Assembly (NCBI GenBank): GCA_945906005.1
Contig: CAMDQY010000001.1
Location: 1-41,766 of the forward strand
Direction of reading: 5' to 3'
DNA: 41,766 nucleotides
Source: Novosphingobium sp. Chol11
Lineage (GTDB): Bacteria; Pseudomonadota; Alphaproteobacteria; Sphingomonadales; Sphingomonadaceae
The translations under genes and the position numbers were made by a program. Positions 9,329 to 19,842 of this stretch are shown one piece after another (the stretch's first letter is position 1; each line of letters starts with the position of its first letter). The notes under the pieces were generated by a model. It did not search any database. It was given only the letters and a program-made list of their open reading frames with translations, and was not told where the DNA came from.

Positions 9329-10501
9329 TCAGCCTTCAGGTGCCACGTCGTAGCGCGACAGATAGCGTTCAAATGTGTCGCGGACCAGCTTCTCGCTCAA
9401 GCCGAATTCGTCGAGCTTGTATTCGTGCCTGCCGAACTTGTGCTGCGGGTTGTCGTCAAGCCAGGACTGCATCCCCGAGCGCGCTTCATCGGTGAACGGA
9501 TCGCCCAGCTTCGCGTAGAGGTTCTCCATGGTCTCCATCGGGCGGTCGACCAGATCGGCATAGTGAACGTCGATCATGCTCTCCTCGCCATGCTTGTCTC
9601 GATAGTCCATAGCACGCGCGGCATGTTCCTGCGCCTGCCACAGGCAGTTTTCGGCGATCCATTCAAGCGGCGGAGTGTCGGTCGACATCGAAAGCGCAAA
9701 CCGGATCAGCGAGCAGAACGAGCCGGTCACCGATAGCGGATCGCGGTGGGTCCAGACCAGCCTCGCGTCAGGGTATTCGCTCATCAAGTATTCGAGATGG
9801 ATCGTGTGGCTCGGCATCTTGAGGTTCCAGACGCCACCGTTGCGCGATTGCAGGAGCTGCAGGAATTTGCGGTGATAGTCATAGGCGCTGGTCATGTCGC
9901 AATTGAAGATGAACTCGCGATACTCGGGCAAGCGACCCTTCGATTCGATCATGAGCGTCTTGAAGTCATGCGCAAGGAAGAACACGCACTCGTTGGGATA
10001 AATGGCCGAGCCGCGATAGTATTTGGCGACACCGGGCATGACCTTGCGGATTTCCTCCTCCTGCTGGAGCCGCGCCAGTGCGCGCGGATCGGTCTTGAGC
10101 ATGCCGGATTCGGCAGGAGGAACCGGCTCGTCGATCTCCCACGACAGCGGCGAGCGCCGCGCCGGGTCGCAGGACAGCAGGTTCGATAGCAGCGTCGTGC
10201 CGGTGCGCACCACTCCTGTCACGACTACAGGGCGCTCGACCTTGGCCTGGGTCAGTTCGGGCTTCTGCTTGAGATAGTCAGTCACCAGCAGGCGGCGTGT
10301 GAGATAATGAACGCTGTCGCGCGCGGTCATGTCGCGACCTTGCTGGTTCATCCAGCCCTTGGACAAGCCCGCGTTGTAACCCTTCACCAGGACATCGAGC
10401 CCTTCGCGGTAGGATTCGCTGCCGAAATCTTCGAGCCCAACCTCCTTGGTCGCCGTTTCGATCATAGCGTCGGCATTCAGCGGTTCGATCATCGTGGACA
10501 T
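9329..10501 (-). CDS. PAPS-dependent sulfotransferase (Sulfotransfer_3 type)
   Basis: 5'-PSB loop TGVVRTGTT, WNLKMPSH, 3'-PB motif WTHRDPLSVTGS and DVHYADLV. Confidence 0.92.
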   Translation of the reverse strand: MSTMIEPLNADAMIETATKEVGLEDFGSESYREGLDVLVKGYNAGLSKGWMNQQGRDMTARDSVHYLTRRLLVTDYLKQKPELTQAKVERPVVVTGVVRTGTTLLSNLLSCDPARRSPLSWEIDEPVPPAESGMLKTDPRALARLQQEEEIRKVMPGVAKYYRGSAIYPNECVFFLAHDFKTLMIESKGRLPEYREFIFNCDMTSAYDYHRKFLQLLQSRNGGVWNLKMPSHTIHLEYLMSEYPDARLVWTHRDPLSVTGSFCSLIRFALSMSTDTPPLEWIAENCLWQAQEHAARAMDYRDKHGEESMIDVHYADLVDRPMETMENLYAKLGDPFTDEARSGMQSWLDDNPQHKFGRHEYKLDEFGLSEKLVRDTFERYLSRYDVAPEG

Positions 10502-10626
10502 CCTCTGTGCGTGGCAGGCCGCGTCATCGCGCGGCTCTTTCGTTGCCCTCCGGTAAAGGGTGCGGCGAGCAGGTTGGCAATATGCCGAGCTATTCCGATC
10601 AAGCCATTCTATCTCATTCCAGCCTC

Positions 10627-11511
10627 TTATCGCACCACTTCAATTCCGCGCGCCTGCCTTTGCCGGAACTGCGTGGGACTCATTCCCACGGCCCTGCGGA
10701 ACGCGAATGTGAAAGAGGAGGGTGAGCGGAAGCCCAAAGTAAACGCGACGCCCTTTACCGCCTCTCCCTGCATCAGCAGTCGCTTTGCATGCTCCATGCG
10801 CCGTTGCTCTAGATAGTCGCCGATCGAACAACCGCGGCTCACGCGAAAACCTCGAGTCAATTGCCGCACCGAAAGCCCGCAGATTTGCGCCAGTTGCTGA
10901 AGTGGCGGCGGGTCGAAGCTTTCGCTCAGCCGTTCGTCGATCAGCCGCAATCGCCAGCCCGAAAGCCCACCAGTCAGCGGGTTTTCCGATTGGTCGAGGC
11001 AGAAACGCCCGATCTCGATGGCCAGTTCGCGCGACAGCAAATCGATCATCCGGCGTGATGCAACGCCGGGATGGCGCACCTCGTCGGTAAGACGCAACAG
11101 CAGCGCCCGGATTCGCGCACTGCCGATGTCGAGCGTGGCGGCGAGCTTCTGCTGGCTCCACGACAGCGTGGTACCGATCTGTTCGTGGACCGCATCGGCG
11201 GAAAGCTCGCACATCAACGCAGACTGGCGGACCACGTCGCCGCGCACATGGAGCGCCTCTCCCGGCGGCACGAAGTAGATGTCGCCCAGCTTCTCGAACC
11301 GGTGCGGGCCCCATTGATCACGGTAATTGCCCCTGGCCTTGAGGGGACGGGGCGTCAGACACATGTCGATGATATAGGCGTTGTCGTTCGCTAGCACCGA
11401 AGTCGTCGGTGCCGAAAGGTCGAGGCGCACGATCTGCGCTTTCATCTGCGAGCCGTGCAGTTCCGCATCGACCTCGATCGAGACGGGGTATTCCTCGAAT
11501 GCCTCGGGCAT
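10627..11511 (-). CDS. AraC family transcriptional regulator
   Basis: C-terminal double HTH: LAQICGLSVRQLTRGF...VAFTLGFRSPSSFTFAFRRAVGMSP. Confidence 0.93.
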   Translation of the reverse strand: MPEAFEEYPVSIEVDAELHGSQMKAQIVRLDLSAPTTSVLANDNAYIIDMCLTPRPLKARGNYRDQWGPHRFEKLGDIYFVPPGEALHVRGDVVRQSALMCELSADAVHEQIGTTLSWSQQKLAATLDIGSARIRALLLRLTDEVRHPGVASRRMIDLLSRELAIEIGRFCLDQSENPLTGGLSGWRLRLIDERLSESFDPPPLQQLAQICGLSVRQLTRGFRVSRGCSIGDYLEQRRMEHAKRLLMQGEAVKGVAFTLGFRSPSSFTFAFRRAVGMSPTQFRQRQARGIEVVR

Positions 11512-11671
11512 GGGGTGCTTTGATCCAATCCTGCGCGAGACAAACCCGCTATATGGCTGCGTCTCTACGATAAGGCCCGTTATCTATATCAGGCGTGCTT
11601 GCGATACAACGGGCAGACGGTGAAGTTGCTGCAGGCGGCAGCGGCAAGCGCTTGCGCAGGGAGATATGTAG

Positions 11672-12478
11672 ATGGCTAAGGGGTTGTTCGACTGTACTGG
11701 TAAGGTGACAATGGTCACCGGCGGCAACGGCGGTCTGGGCCTGGGCTTTGCGACCGGTTGCGCCAAGATGGGCAGCGACATCGCGATCTGGGCGCGCAAT
11801 GCCGAAAAGAGCGCGGCCGCGAAGGAAAAACTGCTCGCGGCAGGCGCGGGGCGGGTCGAAGTATATTCTGTCGATGTCGCTTCCGAAGAGCAGGTCGTCG
11901 AGGGCTACAAGCAGCTCAAGGCCGATTTCGGACGTGTCGATTGTGTATTTGCCAATTCCGGTCGCGCGCCTGGTCGCAACTCGGTGCTCGAACTCGATAG
12001 CGCCGAATGGCATGATCTGTTGTCGGTCAGTCTGCACGGCGCGTTTTATACGCTGCGTGAAGGTGCACGGATGATGGTCGAGCGCGCCGTGGCGGGCGAT
12101 CCGGGCGGCTCACTGGTCCAGTGCGGCAGCCTGTCGATGTTCCAGGGTCTCAAGGGAATGGGCAACTATGCCGCTGCAAAGGCCGGAATGGCGGCGGTGA
12201 TCCGCGGCATGGCGGTCGAGCTTGGGCCGCACCTGATCCGCTGCAACACGCTTGCGGTCGGTTTCACCATCACCGAGATGATCAGGGCCAATGGCGAGGA
12301 AGCCGTCGCCTTCATGGAAGATTTCTTCGGCTCGAGAACGCCTATACCACGCGCCGGCCAGATTGAAGACATCGAGGGTATGGCCGCCTATCTTTGCAGC
12401 GATGCCTCGCGATACCACACCGGCGACACGATCACGGTTGATGGTGGATCGGTCATCAACCCTATCTACGGCATGTAG
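11672..12478 (+). CDS. SDR family oxidoreductase
   Basis: TGGNGGLG, FANSG, YAAAK and TVDGG motifs; GGAGA RBS upstream. Confidence 0.93.
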   Translation: MAKGLFDCTGKVTMVTGGNGGLGLGFATGCAKMGSDIAIWARNAEKSAAAKEKLLAAGAGRVEVYSVDVASEEQVVEGYKQLKADFGRVDCVFANSGRAPGRNSVLELDSAEWHDLLSVSLHGAFYTLREGARMMVERAVAGDPGGSLVQCGSLSMFQGLKGMGNYAAAKAGMAAVIRGMAVELGPHLIRCNTLAVGFTITEMIRANGEEAVAFMEDFFGSRTPIPRAGQIEDIEGMAAYLCSDASRYHTGDTITVDGGSVINPIYGM

Positions 12479-12500
12479 GCCGCGTTTCGGGAGAGAGACG

Positions 12501-13517
12501 ATGAAACTGCTCACAATTCATGGCGTCGGTGATGTTCGGCTCGACGATTATGTCCTGCCCGAGGCCGGGCCGAAGGACGTGGTGCTAAAGATGAAGGCCT
12601 GCGGCATCTGCGGCAGCGACCTCAGTTACATCAAGTGGGGCGGAATGCCGGTGGAGCCGGGCGGCACCACGGCGCTCGGCCACGAAGGCGCGGGCGAAGT
12701 GCTCAGCGTCGGCCGCGAAGTCACCGGTCTCAGCGTTGGCGATGCCGTGATCGTCAATCCGATGGCGACCCCGAGCAACGTCGGTAGCGGCGGACCCGAA
12801 GGCGCGTTCGTTGACCAGTTGCTGATCCGCGAAGCTGAAAAGGGCACCAATCTCCTGCCGATCCCCGAAGGCGTGCCCTACGATGTCGCCGCGATGTGCG
12901 AGCCGTTGGCGGTGGCGCTCCACGGTGTCAACCGCGCGCAGGCCAAGGCCGGGCAGAAGATCGTGGTGTTCGGTTGTGGGCCGATCGGGCTTGGCATGGT
13001 GTTGTGGCTGGCCGACCGGGGGGTCGAGGAACTGATCGCGGTCGATCTGTCCGATGAACGGCTCGACCGCGCCCGTGCGCTCGGTGCGAAATACACGATC
13101 AACCCCGCTCGCGAGGATCTGCGCGCCAAGGTCATGGAATATCACGGGCAGGGTGCGGACATGATCGGCAGGCCCAAGGCCGATACCGATGCCTGGCTCG
13201 ATGCTGCCGGAGCGCCGCAAGTCATTCCTGAGGCGATTTCGATGTCCAAGGCGCATGCCCGCATCGTCATGACGGCAGTTTATCACGGCGACGTCGCGGT
13301 TCCGCTCGGCGAGATGCTGACCAGCGAGGTCGAGATCACCAGCGCGATCGGCTATCCTACCGAAATGCCCGATGTGGTCGCGGCGATGACGCGCCTGAAG
13401 GACAAGATCGCCTCGATGATCAGCCACCGCCTGCCGTTCGAGAGTGTGCTCGACGGTCTCAAGATCGCCGGAACGCCTCAATCGGCCAAGGTGATGATCC
13501 AGTTCGAGGATAGCTGA
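12501..13517 (+). CDS. Zinc-dependent medium-chain alcohol dehydrogenase
   Basis: CGICGSD, GHEG, EPLAV and GCGPIG motifs. Start trimmed to ATG 12501 after GGGAGAG. Confidence 0.9.
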   Translation: MKLLTIHGVGDVRLDDYVLPEAGPKDVVLKMKACGICGSDLSYIKWGGMPVEPGGTTALGHEGAGEVLSVGREVTGLSVGDAVIVNPMATPSNVGSGGPEGAFVDQLLIREAEKGTNLLPIPEGVPYDVAAMCEPLAVALHGVNRAQAKAGQKIVVFGCGPIGLGMVLWLADRGVEELIAVDLSDERLDRARALGAKYTINPAREDLRAKVMEYHGQGADMIGRPKADTDAWLDAAGAPQVIPEAISMSKAHARIVMTAVYHGDVAVPLGEMLTSEVEITSAIGYPTEMPDVVAAMTRLKDKIASMISHRLPFESVLDGLKIAGTPQSAKVMIQFEDS

Positions 13518-13519
13518 CC

Positions 13520-14764
13520 ATGGCCGAACCGAAACAGCCGGCGCTCGCCGATCTGGTAATGGCGAACAGGAACCAGACCGAGGCGGAGAAAGTAACCGAC
13601 TTCATCTGGATGGTGCACGATTCGTCCAACGCCTATCTCGTCACCACGAGCGATGGCGACGTGATGGTCAACACCGGCTTTTCTCCTAATGCCGAGAAGA
13701 ACGTCACTCTGCTGGCGCCGCGCCGTACCGGGCCGCTTCGCTACATTGTGCTGACGCAAAGCCACGCCGACCATTTCGGCGGCCTCAAGGCGTTTCGCGA
13801 AGCCGAAACGAAAGTCGTCGGCGGTCCGGGCTTTGCGCGGGCGCTGTTCGACATGACCGATCTTCAGCCTTACTTCGGGCCGCGCACCAAAAAGCTGTGG
13901 GGCGCGGTGCTGGGCAACAATGCGAGGCCACCCGATCCCGTTCCGATCGAGCCAGACGTACTGATCGACCGCGAGATGACGATCACCGTGGGCCAACGTT
14001 CATTCCAGCTCATCAGCACGCCCGAAGGCGAGACGGTCGACAGTCTCGTCGTATGGATGCCGAGAGAGAAGGTTGCTTTCATCGGCAACGTCCACGGGCC
14101 GGTCTGGCTCTCGTTCCCGTTCCTCAACACCCTGCGCGGCGATAAGCCACGCCTCGTCCAGAACTACCTCAAGGCAATGCGCCGCATTCGCGATCTGGGC
14201 GCGGAAACCTTGATCACCGGGCATGGTCCGCCAATCGTCGGAGCCGCGAAAATCCGCGCTGATCTAACCAAAATGATCGATGCGGTGGATTGGGTCCGCA
14301 CTTACACGCTCGAAGGGATGAAGGCGGGCAAGACCGTCCACACCCTGATGCGCGAGATCAAGCTACCCGAAAACCTCGCCATCGGCGAATTTCATGGCAA
14401 CGCGCGCTGGGCGGTCAAATCGATCTGGCGTGAATATTCGGGCTGGTTTCACTACGAGGATGGAACCACCGAGCTTTATGGCGTGCCGCGCAGCTCGGTA
14501 CACGTCGACATCGCCACGTTGGCCGGCGGCGCGGGCAAGCTGGCGGCAAGAGCACGGCAACGGCTCGAAGCCGGTGAGCCGCTTGAGGCGCTGCACCTGG
14601 TCGAGATCGCACTGGGTGCCGCTCCGGGCGAACGTGTTGCTCTCGAGGTCAAGCGCGATGCCAGCGCGCTTCTGCTCGAGCGCTCGGGCGGGCAGAATCT
14701 GTCGGAGACGATGTGGCTTCGATCCGAGATCGCCGAGTGCGAGGCTGCTCTGGCAAGCAGCTAG
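13520..14764 (+). CDS. MBL-fold hydrolase with alkyl-sulfatase-like dimerization domain
   Basis: TQSHADHFGG, TPEGET, NTLRGDKPR, TGHG and YSGWF motifs; helical C-terminus resembling the SdsA1-type dimerization domain. Confidence 0.78.
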   Translation: MAEPKQPALADLVMANRNQTEAEKVTDFIWMVHDSSNAYLVTTSDGDVMVNTGFSPNAEKNVTLLAPRRTGPLRYIVLTQSHADHFGGLKAFREAETKVVGGPGFARALFDMTDLQPYFGPRTKKLWGAVLGNNARPPDPVPIEPDVLIDREMTITVGQRSFQLISTPEGETVDSLVVWMPREKVAFIGNVHGPVWLSFPFLNTLRGDKPRLVQNYLKAMRRIRDLGAETLITGHGPPIVGAAKIRADLTKMIDAVDWVRTYTLEGMKAGKTVHTLMREIKLPENLAIGEFHGNARWAVKSIWREYSGWFHYEDGTTELYGVPRSSVHVDIATLAGGAGKLAARARQRLEAGEPLEALHLVEIALGAAPGERVALEVKRDASALLLERSGGQNLSETMWLRSEIAECEAALASS

Positions 14765-14867
14765 GCGTGCGCTTGGGGGCTTGCCAAACTTTACGCCCCG
14801 CAAAATAGTCTTGGTTGAAGCGGACCTCTCGCTCTGACAGAGGCGAAGTCCGACAAGAAGGCGAACC

Positions 14868-15773
14868 ATGCACAAGACGTTGACCCATCTCGAACGGCTC
14901 GAGGCCGAAAGCATCCATATCATCCGCGAGGTCGTGACCGAGGCGGACAAGCCGGTCATGCTCTATTCGGTAGGCAAGGACAGCGCGGTCATGCTGCATC
15001 TTGCGCGCAAGGCGTTCTATCCATCGCCGCCGCCGTTCCCGCTGCTCCATGTTGATACGACCTGGAAGTTCAAGGCGATGTACGAACTGCGCGACAAGAT
15101 GGCGCGCGAAAGCGGCATGGAACTGCTGGTCTATCAAAACCCCGAGGCTGCGGAGAAGGGGATTAATCCGTTCGACCACGGCCCGCTCCATACCGATATG
15201 TGGAAGACCGAGGGGCTGAAGCAGGCGCTCGATCTTCATGGGTTCGACGCGGCCTTCGGTGGAGCACGCCGCGACGAGGAGAAGAGCCGCGCCAAGGAGC
15301 GCATCTTTTCGTTCCGCACCGCCAGCCACGGTTGGGACCCAAAGAACCAGCGCCCCGAACTGTGGAACCTCTACAATGCCCGCAAGAACAAGGGCGAATC
15401 GATCCGGGTGTTCCCGATCTCGAACTGGACCGAGCTCGACGTGTGGCAATATATCCACCTCAACGACATTCCGATCGTCCCGCTCTACTTTGCCGGCAAG
15501 CGCCCGACGGTCGAACGCGATGGCATGCTGCTGATGGTCGATGACGACCGCTTTCCGCTCGAACCGGGCGAAGTTCCGGTCGAACGCTCGATCCGGTTCC
15601 GCACGCTGGGCTGCTATCCGCTGACCGGTGCGGTGGAGAGCACGGCTTCGACATTGCCGGAGATCATCCAGGAAACGCTGCTGACCACCACGTCGGAACG
15701 CCAGGGCCGCGCCATCGACAAGGACGCCGGCGGCGCGGGCATGGAAAAGAAGAAGCAGGAGGGCTACTTCTGA
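14868..15773 (+). CDS. cysD: Sulfate adenylyltransferase subunit 2
   Basis: [33 protein letters not shown] and KKKQEGYF motifs. Confidence 0.98.
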   Translation: MHKTLTHLERLEAESIHIIREVVTEADKPVMLYSVGKDSAVMLHLARKAFYPSPPPFPLLHVDTTWKFKAMYELRDKMARESGMELLVYQNPEAAEKGINPFDHGPLHTDMWKTEGLKQALDLHGFDAAFGGARRDEEKSRAKERIFSFRTASHGWDPKNQRPELWNLYNARKNKGESIRVFPISNWTELDVWQYIHLNDIPIVPLYFAGKRPTVERDGMLLMVDDDRFPLEPGEVPVERSIRFRTLGCYPLTGAVESTASTLPEIIQETLLTTTSERQGRAIDKDAGGAGMEKKKQEGYF

Positions 15774-17698
15774 TGGCCGACAACAGCACCACGCAAGATC
15801 CGATCTATGTCGTCGACGAGCTGATCGCGCAGGACATCGATGCCTATCTCGATCAGCACCAGCACAAGACGATGCTGCGCTTCATCACCTGCGGCAGTGT
15901 CGACGACGGCAAGTCCACGTTGATCGGCCGGTTGCTCTATGATTCCAAGATGATCTTTGAGGATCAGCTTGCCGCGCTGGAGGACGATTCCAAGCGGGTC
16001 GGCACGCAAGGTCAGGAAATCGACTTCGCGCTGCTGGTCGACGGCCTCGCCGCCGAGCGCGAACAAGGCATCACCATCGACGTCGCCTATCGCTTTTTCT
16101 CGACCGAGAAGCGCAAGTTCATCGTCGCCGACACGCCCGGCCACGAACAATACACCCGCAACATGGTCACCGGCGCCTCGACCGCCGACCTTGCCGTGAT
16201 CCTGATCGATGCGCGCAAGGGCGTGCTGACGCAGACGCGCCGCCACAGTTACCTCGCGCACCTGATCGGCATCAGGAACATCGTGCTCGCGGTAAACAAG
16301 ATGGACCTCGTCGGCTACGACCAGTCCACCTACGAGCATATCGTCGCCGACTATCGAACCTTCGCCAACGAGATCGGGATCACCGATTTCGTGGCCATGC
16401 CGATTTCGGGGTTCAAGGGCGACAACATCACCACGCCTTCGGATAATACGCCGTGGTATTCCGGCCCGACGCTGGTCGATCACCTCGAGACGGTGGAAGT
16501 CGATTCCACGCTCGATCAGGCCAAGCCGTTCCGCATGCCGGTGCAGTGGGTCAATCGCCCGAACCTCGATTTCCGGGGCTTTTCAGGTTTGATCGCAACC
16601 GGGTCGGTCGCACCTGGCGTTGCGGTGCGAGTACTGCCCTCGGGCAAGACCAGCACCGTTTCGAAAATCGTCACCTTCGATGGCGAGCTGGATAACGCGG
16701 TCGCTGGCCAGTCGGTCACGATTTGCCTTGCCGACGAGATCGACTGTTCGCGCGGCGACGTGATCGCTGTCGCCGATGCGCCGCCCGAAGTCTCGGACCA
16801 GTTCGAGGCGACCATCGTGTGGATGAGCGACGAGCCGCTCCACGTTGGGCGCGGCTATTGGCTCAAGCTCGGCGAACAGATGGTCTCGGTCACGGTGCAG
16901 GAGCCGAAATTCAAGGTCGACGTCAACACGATGGCGCGCAATGCCGCGCAGACGCTCGAACTCAACGAGATCGGCGTTGCCGAGATCGCCACCGACAAGC
17001 CGATCGTGTTTGAGAGCTACGAACAGGACCAGGCACTCGGCGGGTTCATCCTGATAGACAAGATGTCGAACTCCACGGTCGCTGCCGGGATGCTGCATTT
17101 CAGCCTGCGCCGCGCGCAGAACGTGCATTGGCAGGCGCTCGACATCGGCCGCAGGCAGCACGCCGACCTCAAGAACCAGAAGCCTGCAGTGCTGTGGTTC
17201 ACCGGGCTTTCGGGCTCGGGCAAGTCGACCATCGCCAATCTGGTCGAGAAGAAACTCTACCGGATGAACCGGCACACCTTCCTGCTCGACGGCGACAACG
17301 TGCGCCACGGTCTCAACAAGGATCTGGGCTTCACCGAGGCCGACCGCATCGAGAATATCCGCCGGGTCGGCGAAGTGGCCAAGCTGATGGCCGATGCCGG
17401 GCTGATCGTGGTGACAGCGTTCATCTCGCCTTTCCGCGCCGAGCGTGAAATGGTGCGCGCGATGCTGCCCGAAGGCGAATTCGTCGAAGTGTTCATCGAT
17501 ACGCCGCTGGACGTGGCCGAGGCGCGCGACGTCAAGGGCCTCTACAAAAAGGCGCGTGCGGGCGAGCTCAAGAACTTCACCGGGATCGACAGCCCCTATG
17601 AAGCGCCCGCGGACCCGGAAATCCGCATCGACACGACGAGGATGAGCCCGGAAGAAGCCGCAGAGTTCATTGTCAACAAGCTGCTGGGTGACCTCTGA
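15773..17698 (+). CDS. cysNC: Bifunctional sulfate adenylyltransferase subunit 1 / APS kinase (CysNC/NodQ type)
   Basis: [17 protein letters not shown] and NKMD GTPase motifs; C-terminal [19 protein letters not shown] and [12 protein letters not shown] kinase motifs. Confidence 0.97.
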   Translation: MADNSTTQDPIYVVDELIAQDIDAYLDQHQHKTMLRFITCGSVDDGKSTLIGRLLYDSKMIFEDQLAALEDDSKRVGTQGQEIDFALLVDGLAAEREQGITIDVAYRFFSTEKRKFIVADTPGHEQYTRNMVTGASTADLAVILIDARKGVLTQTRRHSYLAHLIGIRNIVLAVNKMDLVGYDQSTYEHIVADYRTFANEIGITDFVAMPISGFKGDNITTPSDNTPWYSGPTLVDHLETVEVDSTLDQAKPFRMPVQWVNRPNLDFRGFSGLIATGSVAPGVAVRVLPSGKTSTVSKIVTFDGELDNAVAGQSVTICLADEIDCSRGDVIAVADAPPEVSDQFEATIVWMSDEPLHVGRGYWLKLGEQMVSVTVQEPKFKVDVNTMARNAAQTLELNEIGVAEIATDKPIVFESYEQDQALGGFILIDKMSNSTVAAGMLHFSLRRAQNVHWQALDIGRRQHADLKNQKPAVLWFTGLSGSGKSTIANLVEKKLYRMNRHTFLLDGDNVRHGLNKDLGFTEADRIENIRRVGEVAKLMADAGLIVVTAFISPFRAEREMVRAMLPEGEFVEVFIDTPLDVAEARDVKGLYKKARAGELKNFTGIDSPYEAPADPEIRIDTTRMSPEEAAEFIVNKLLGDL

Positions 17699-18435
17699 TG
17701 AGCATGACCGACGGCGAACTGGCCATTCACCTGGCCGATGTTGCAGGCAAGATCCTGCTCGACGTGCGCTCTTCAGGCATGTTCGAAGGCAAGTCGCTCG
17801 GCGTTGCGGGCGACCAGACCGCCAACCAGTTTCTCGTCCATGCCCTGCGCCATCAGCGGCCCGATGACGGCCTGTTGTCCGAGGAAAGCAAGGACACCGA
17901 TGAGCGCCTCGGCAAGAGCCGGGTTTGGATCGTCGATCCGGTCGATGGTACGCGCGAATACGGCGAGGAGCGGGCCGACTGGGCAGTTCATGTCGGCCTC
18001 GCGATCGATGGCGTTCCGGTGATTGGAGCGGTGGCAATGCCCGGCGCGGGCAAGGTGTTGAGCACCGAGCACCCCGGCACGGTACCGCGCGCTCCCGAAC
18101 TTCTGCGCATGGTCGTCAGCCGCACCCGCCCGGCCAAGGAAGCAACCGCCGTCGCAGACAAGCTCAACGCCGAATTGCTGCCGATGGGCTCTGCCGGTGC
18201 CAAGGCGATGGCGATCGTGCTGGGTCTTGCCGATATCTACCTCCATTCGGGCGGTCAGTACGAATGGGACAGCTGCGCGCCGGTCGCGGTGGCGCTGGCT
18301 CATGGTCTGCACTGCTCGCGCATCGATGGCAGGCCGTTGGTGTACAACCAGCGCGACACCTACATGCCCGATCTACTGATCTGCCGGAAGGAACATGCCC
18401 AGCGCGTGCTCGACGAGGTTGCGAGCCTGCCCTGA
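17698..18435 (+). CDS. cysQ: 3'(2'),5'-bisphosphate nucleotidase
   Basis: LSEES, WIVDPVDGTREY, GSAGAK and EWDSCAP motifs; follows cysNC with overlapping stop and start. Confidence 0.93.
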   Translation: MSMTDGELAIHLADVAGKILLDVRSSGMFEGKSLGVAGDQTANQFLVHALRHQRPDDGLLSEESKDTDERLGKSRVWIVDPVDGTREYGEERADWAVHVGLAIDGVPVIGAVAMPGAGKVLSTEHPGTVPRAPELLRMVVSRTRPAKEATAVADKLNAELLPMGSAGAKAMAIVLGLADIYLHSGGQYEWDSCAPVAVALAHGLHCSRIDGRPLVYNQRDTYMPDLLICRKEHAQRVLDEVASLP

Positions 18436-18541
18436 TGCCTAATCTACGCATGACGCAGAACCCTTGTGCCCTGCGACATCTGCGATAAGGTCGCCCCGCG
18501 TTCCGGCCAGCAGGCTGAGAGGCGTGGGGAAAGGACCGAAC

Positions 18542-18952
18542 ATGGCATCACAGCCCGATTTTGCCGACTGGCTGGGAATCTGCAACACCAAGGCGGATTA
18601 CTGCCGCCTGCTCGACACCAAGCAGTGGGAAGCCTGGTCGCAGGTATTTACCGAGGATGTCGTCGTCGATGTTCCCGAAGCTGGTACGCCGCCAACCACC
18701 TCGCGCGACGATTTCGTCTGGCCGCTCAGCAAGTTGCTGGCCGAAGTGAAGACAGCGCATCAGATCCATTCGCCGCAGATCACCATCGAAGGCGACACTG
18801 CCAAGGTCATCTGGGCGATGCAGGATCGGCTGCTCTGGCCAGACGGCAACACGATGACCGGCTTCGGACATTACCACGAGGAATATCGCCGCACCGACGG
18901 GGGCTGGAAGATCGCCAATCTGAGACTGAGCCGGCTGATCCTCGAGAGCTGA
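18542..18952 (+). CDS. SnoaL-like/NTF2 family protein (BaiE/LinA-like dehydratase fold)
   Basis: KADYCRLLDTKQW, TAHQIHSPQI, WAMQD and GFGHYHEEY..GWKI motifs; start after AAGGA RBS. Confidence 0.85.
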   Translation: MASQPDFADWLGICNTKADYCRLLDTKQWEAWSQVFTEDVVVDVPEAGTPPTTSRDDFVWPLSKLLAEVKTAHQIHSPQITIEGDTAKVIWAMQDRLLWPDGNTMTGFGHYHEEYRRTDGGWKIANLRLSRLILES

Positions 18953-19058
18953 GGAGCCACCGTGCAACATCGCTCCGGCGGTGGCGACACCGTGCATTGA
19001 TCGCTAACTGAAGAGCCTCGCGGATTGCTGCGCAGGCTGGACCTTTACGGGAGAATTT

Positions 19059-19805
19059 GTGGGTAAGACCGTTGTCATCACCGGAGCAGGAGTAGGCCTG
19101 GGCCGCGCCATTGCACGCCGCTTCGCCAGCGAGGGCGAAACCTGCATCCTTCTGGGACGCACCCTGTCGAAGGTGCAGGCCGTCGCCGAGGAACTGGGCG
19201 AGCCGCATTTCGCGGTCGAATGTGAAGTCGGCGATCCCGACAGCGTTCGCGCCGCCTTTGCCAAGATTCGCGAGCGCCACGAAAAGATCGACGTTCTGAT
19301 CAACAACGCTGCCTACTACGAGCCGATGAAGGTCAGGGACGCCACCGACGATGTCATCGAACGGATCGTGCGTTCGAACTTCATCGGCCCGATGTACACC
19401 TGCCGCGAAGCCCTCGCGATGATGGATCGAGGTGCGCTGATCATCAATGTGAGCAGCGAATCTGTGAAGGAGCCGTTCGTGATGCTCTCGCTTTACCAGT
19501 CGACCAAGATGGGCATGGAGCGTTTCAGCGAAGCCCTGCTCGAAGAAGTGAAACCTGACGGCATCCGCGTGTGCGTCGTTCGCGCCGGGCCGATGATCGA
19601 TGGCGGAGACGCAACCTCGAGCAGCTCAGGCTGGGATATGACAGCAGCCATGGCGTTCTTCGAGGAGAACCTCAAGATCGGGCGCAATCTTGCCGAAGAC
19701 CCGATTTCCGAAGCGGCAAGCGTTACCGACGTCTTCCGCATGCTGCTCGATCTCAAACCCGATTTCCGCGTCACCCACGTCAATGTCGGTGCGCGCCACC
19801 CCTGA
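19059..19805 (+). CDS. SDR family oxidoreductase
   Basis: TGAGVGLG, INNAA, NVSS and YQSTK motifs; GTG start after GGGAGA. Confidence 0.9.
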   Translation: MGKTVVITGAGVGLGRAIARRFASEGETCILLGRTLSKVQAVAEELGEPHFAVECEVGDPDSVRAAFAKIRERHEKIDVLINNAAYYEPMKVRDATDDVIERIVRSNFIGPMYTCREALAMMDRGALIINVSSESVKEPFVMLSLYQSTKMGMERFSEALLEEVKPDGIRVCVVRAGPMIDGGDATSSSSGWDMTAAMAFFEENLKIGRNLAEDPISEAASVTDVFRMLLDLKPDFRVTHVNVGARHP

Positions 19806-19842
19806 ATCTACGGAATACCAACCCCCCTAAGGACTATCAGCA

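Noticed and set aside
14868-18435. Nodulation (nodPQ/nodH) interpretation of cysD-cysNC plus sulfotransferase
   Set aside because: No nodABC is present, and the sulfotransferase is not NodH-like in length or motifs.
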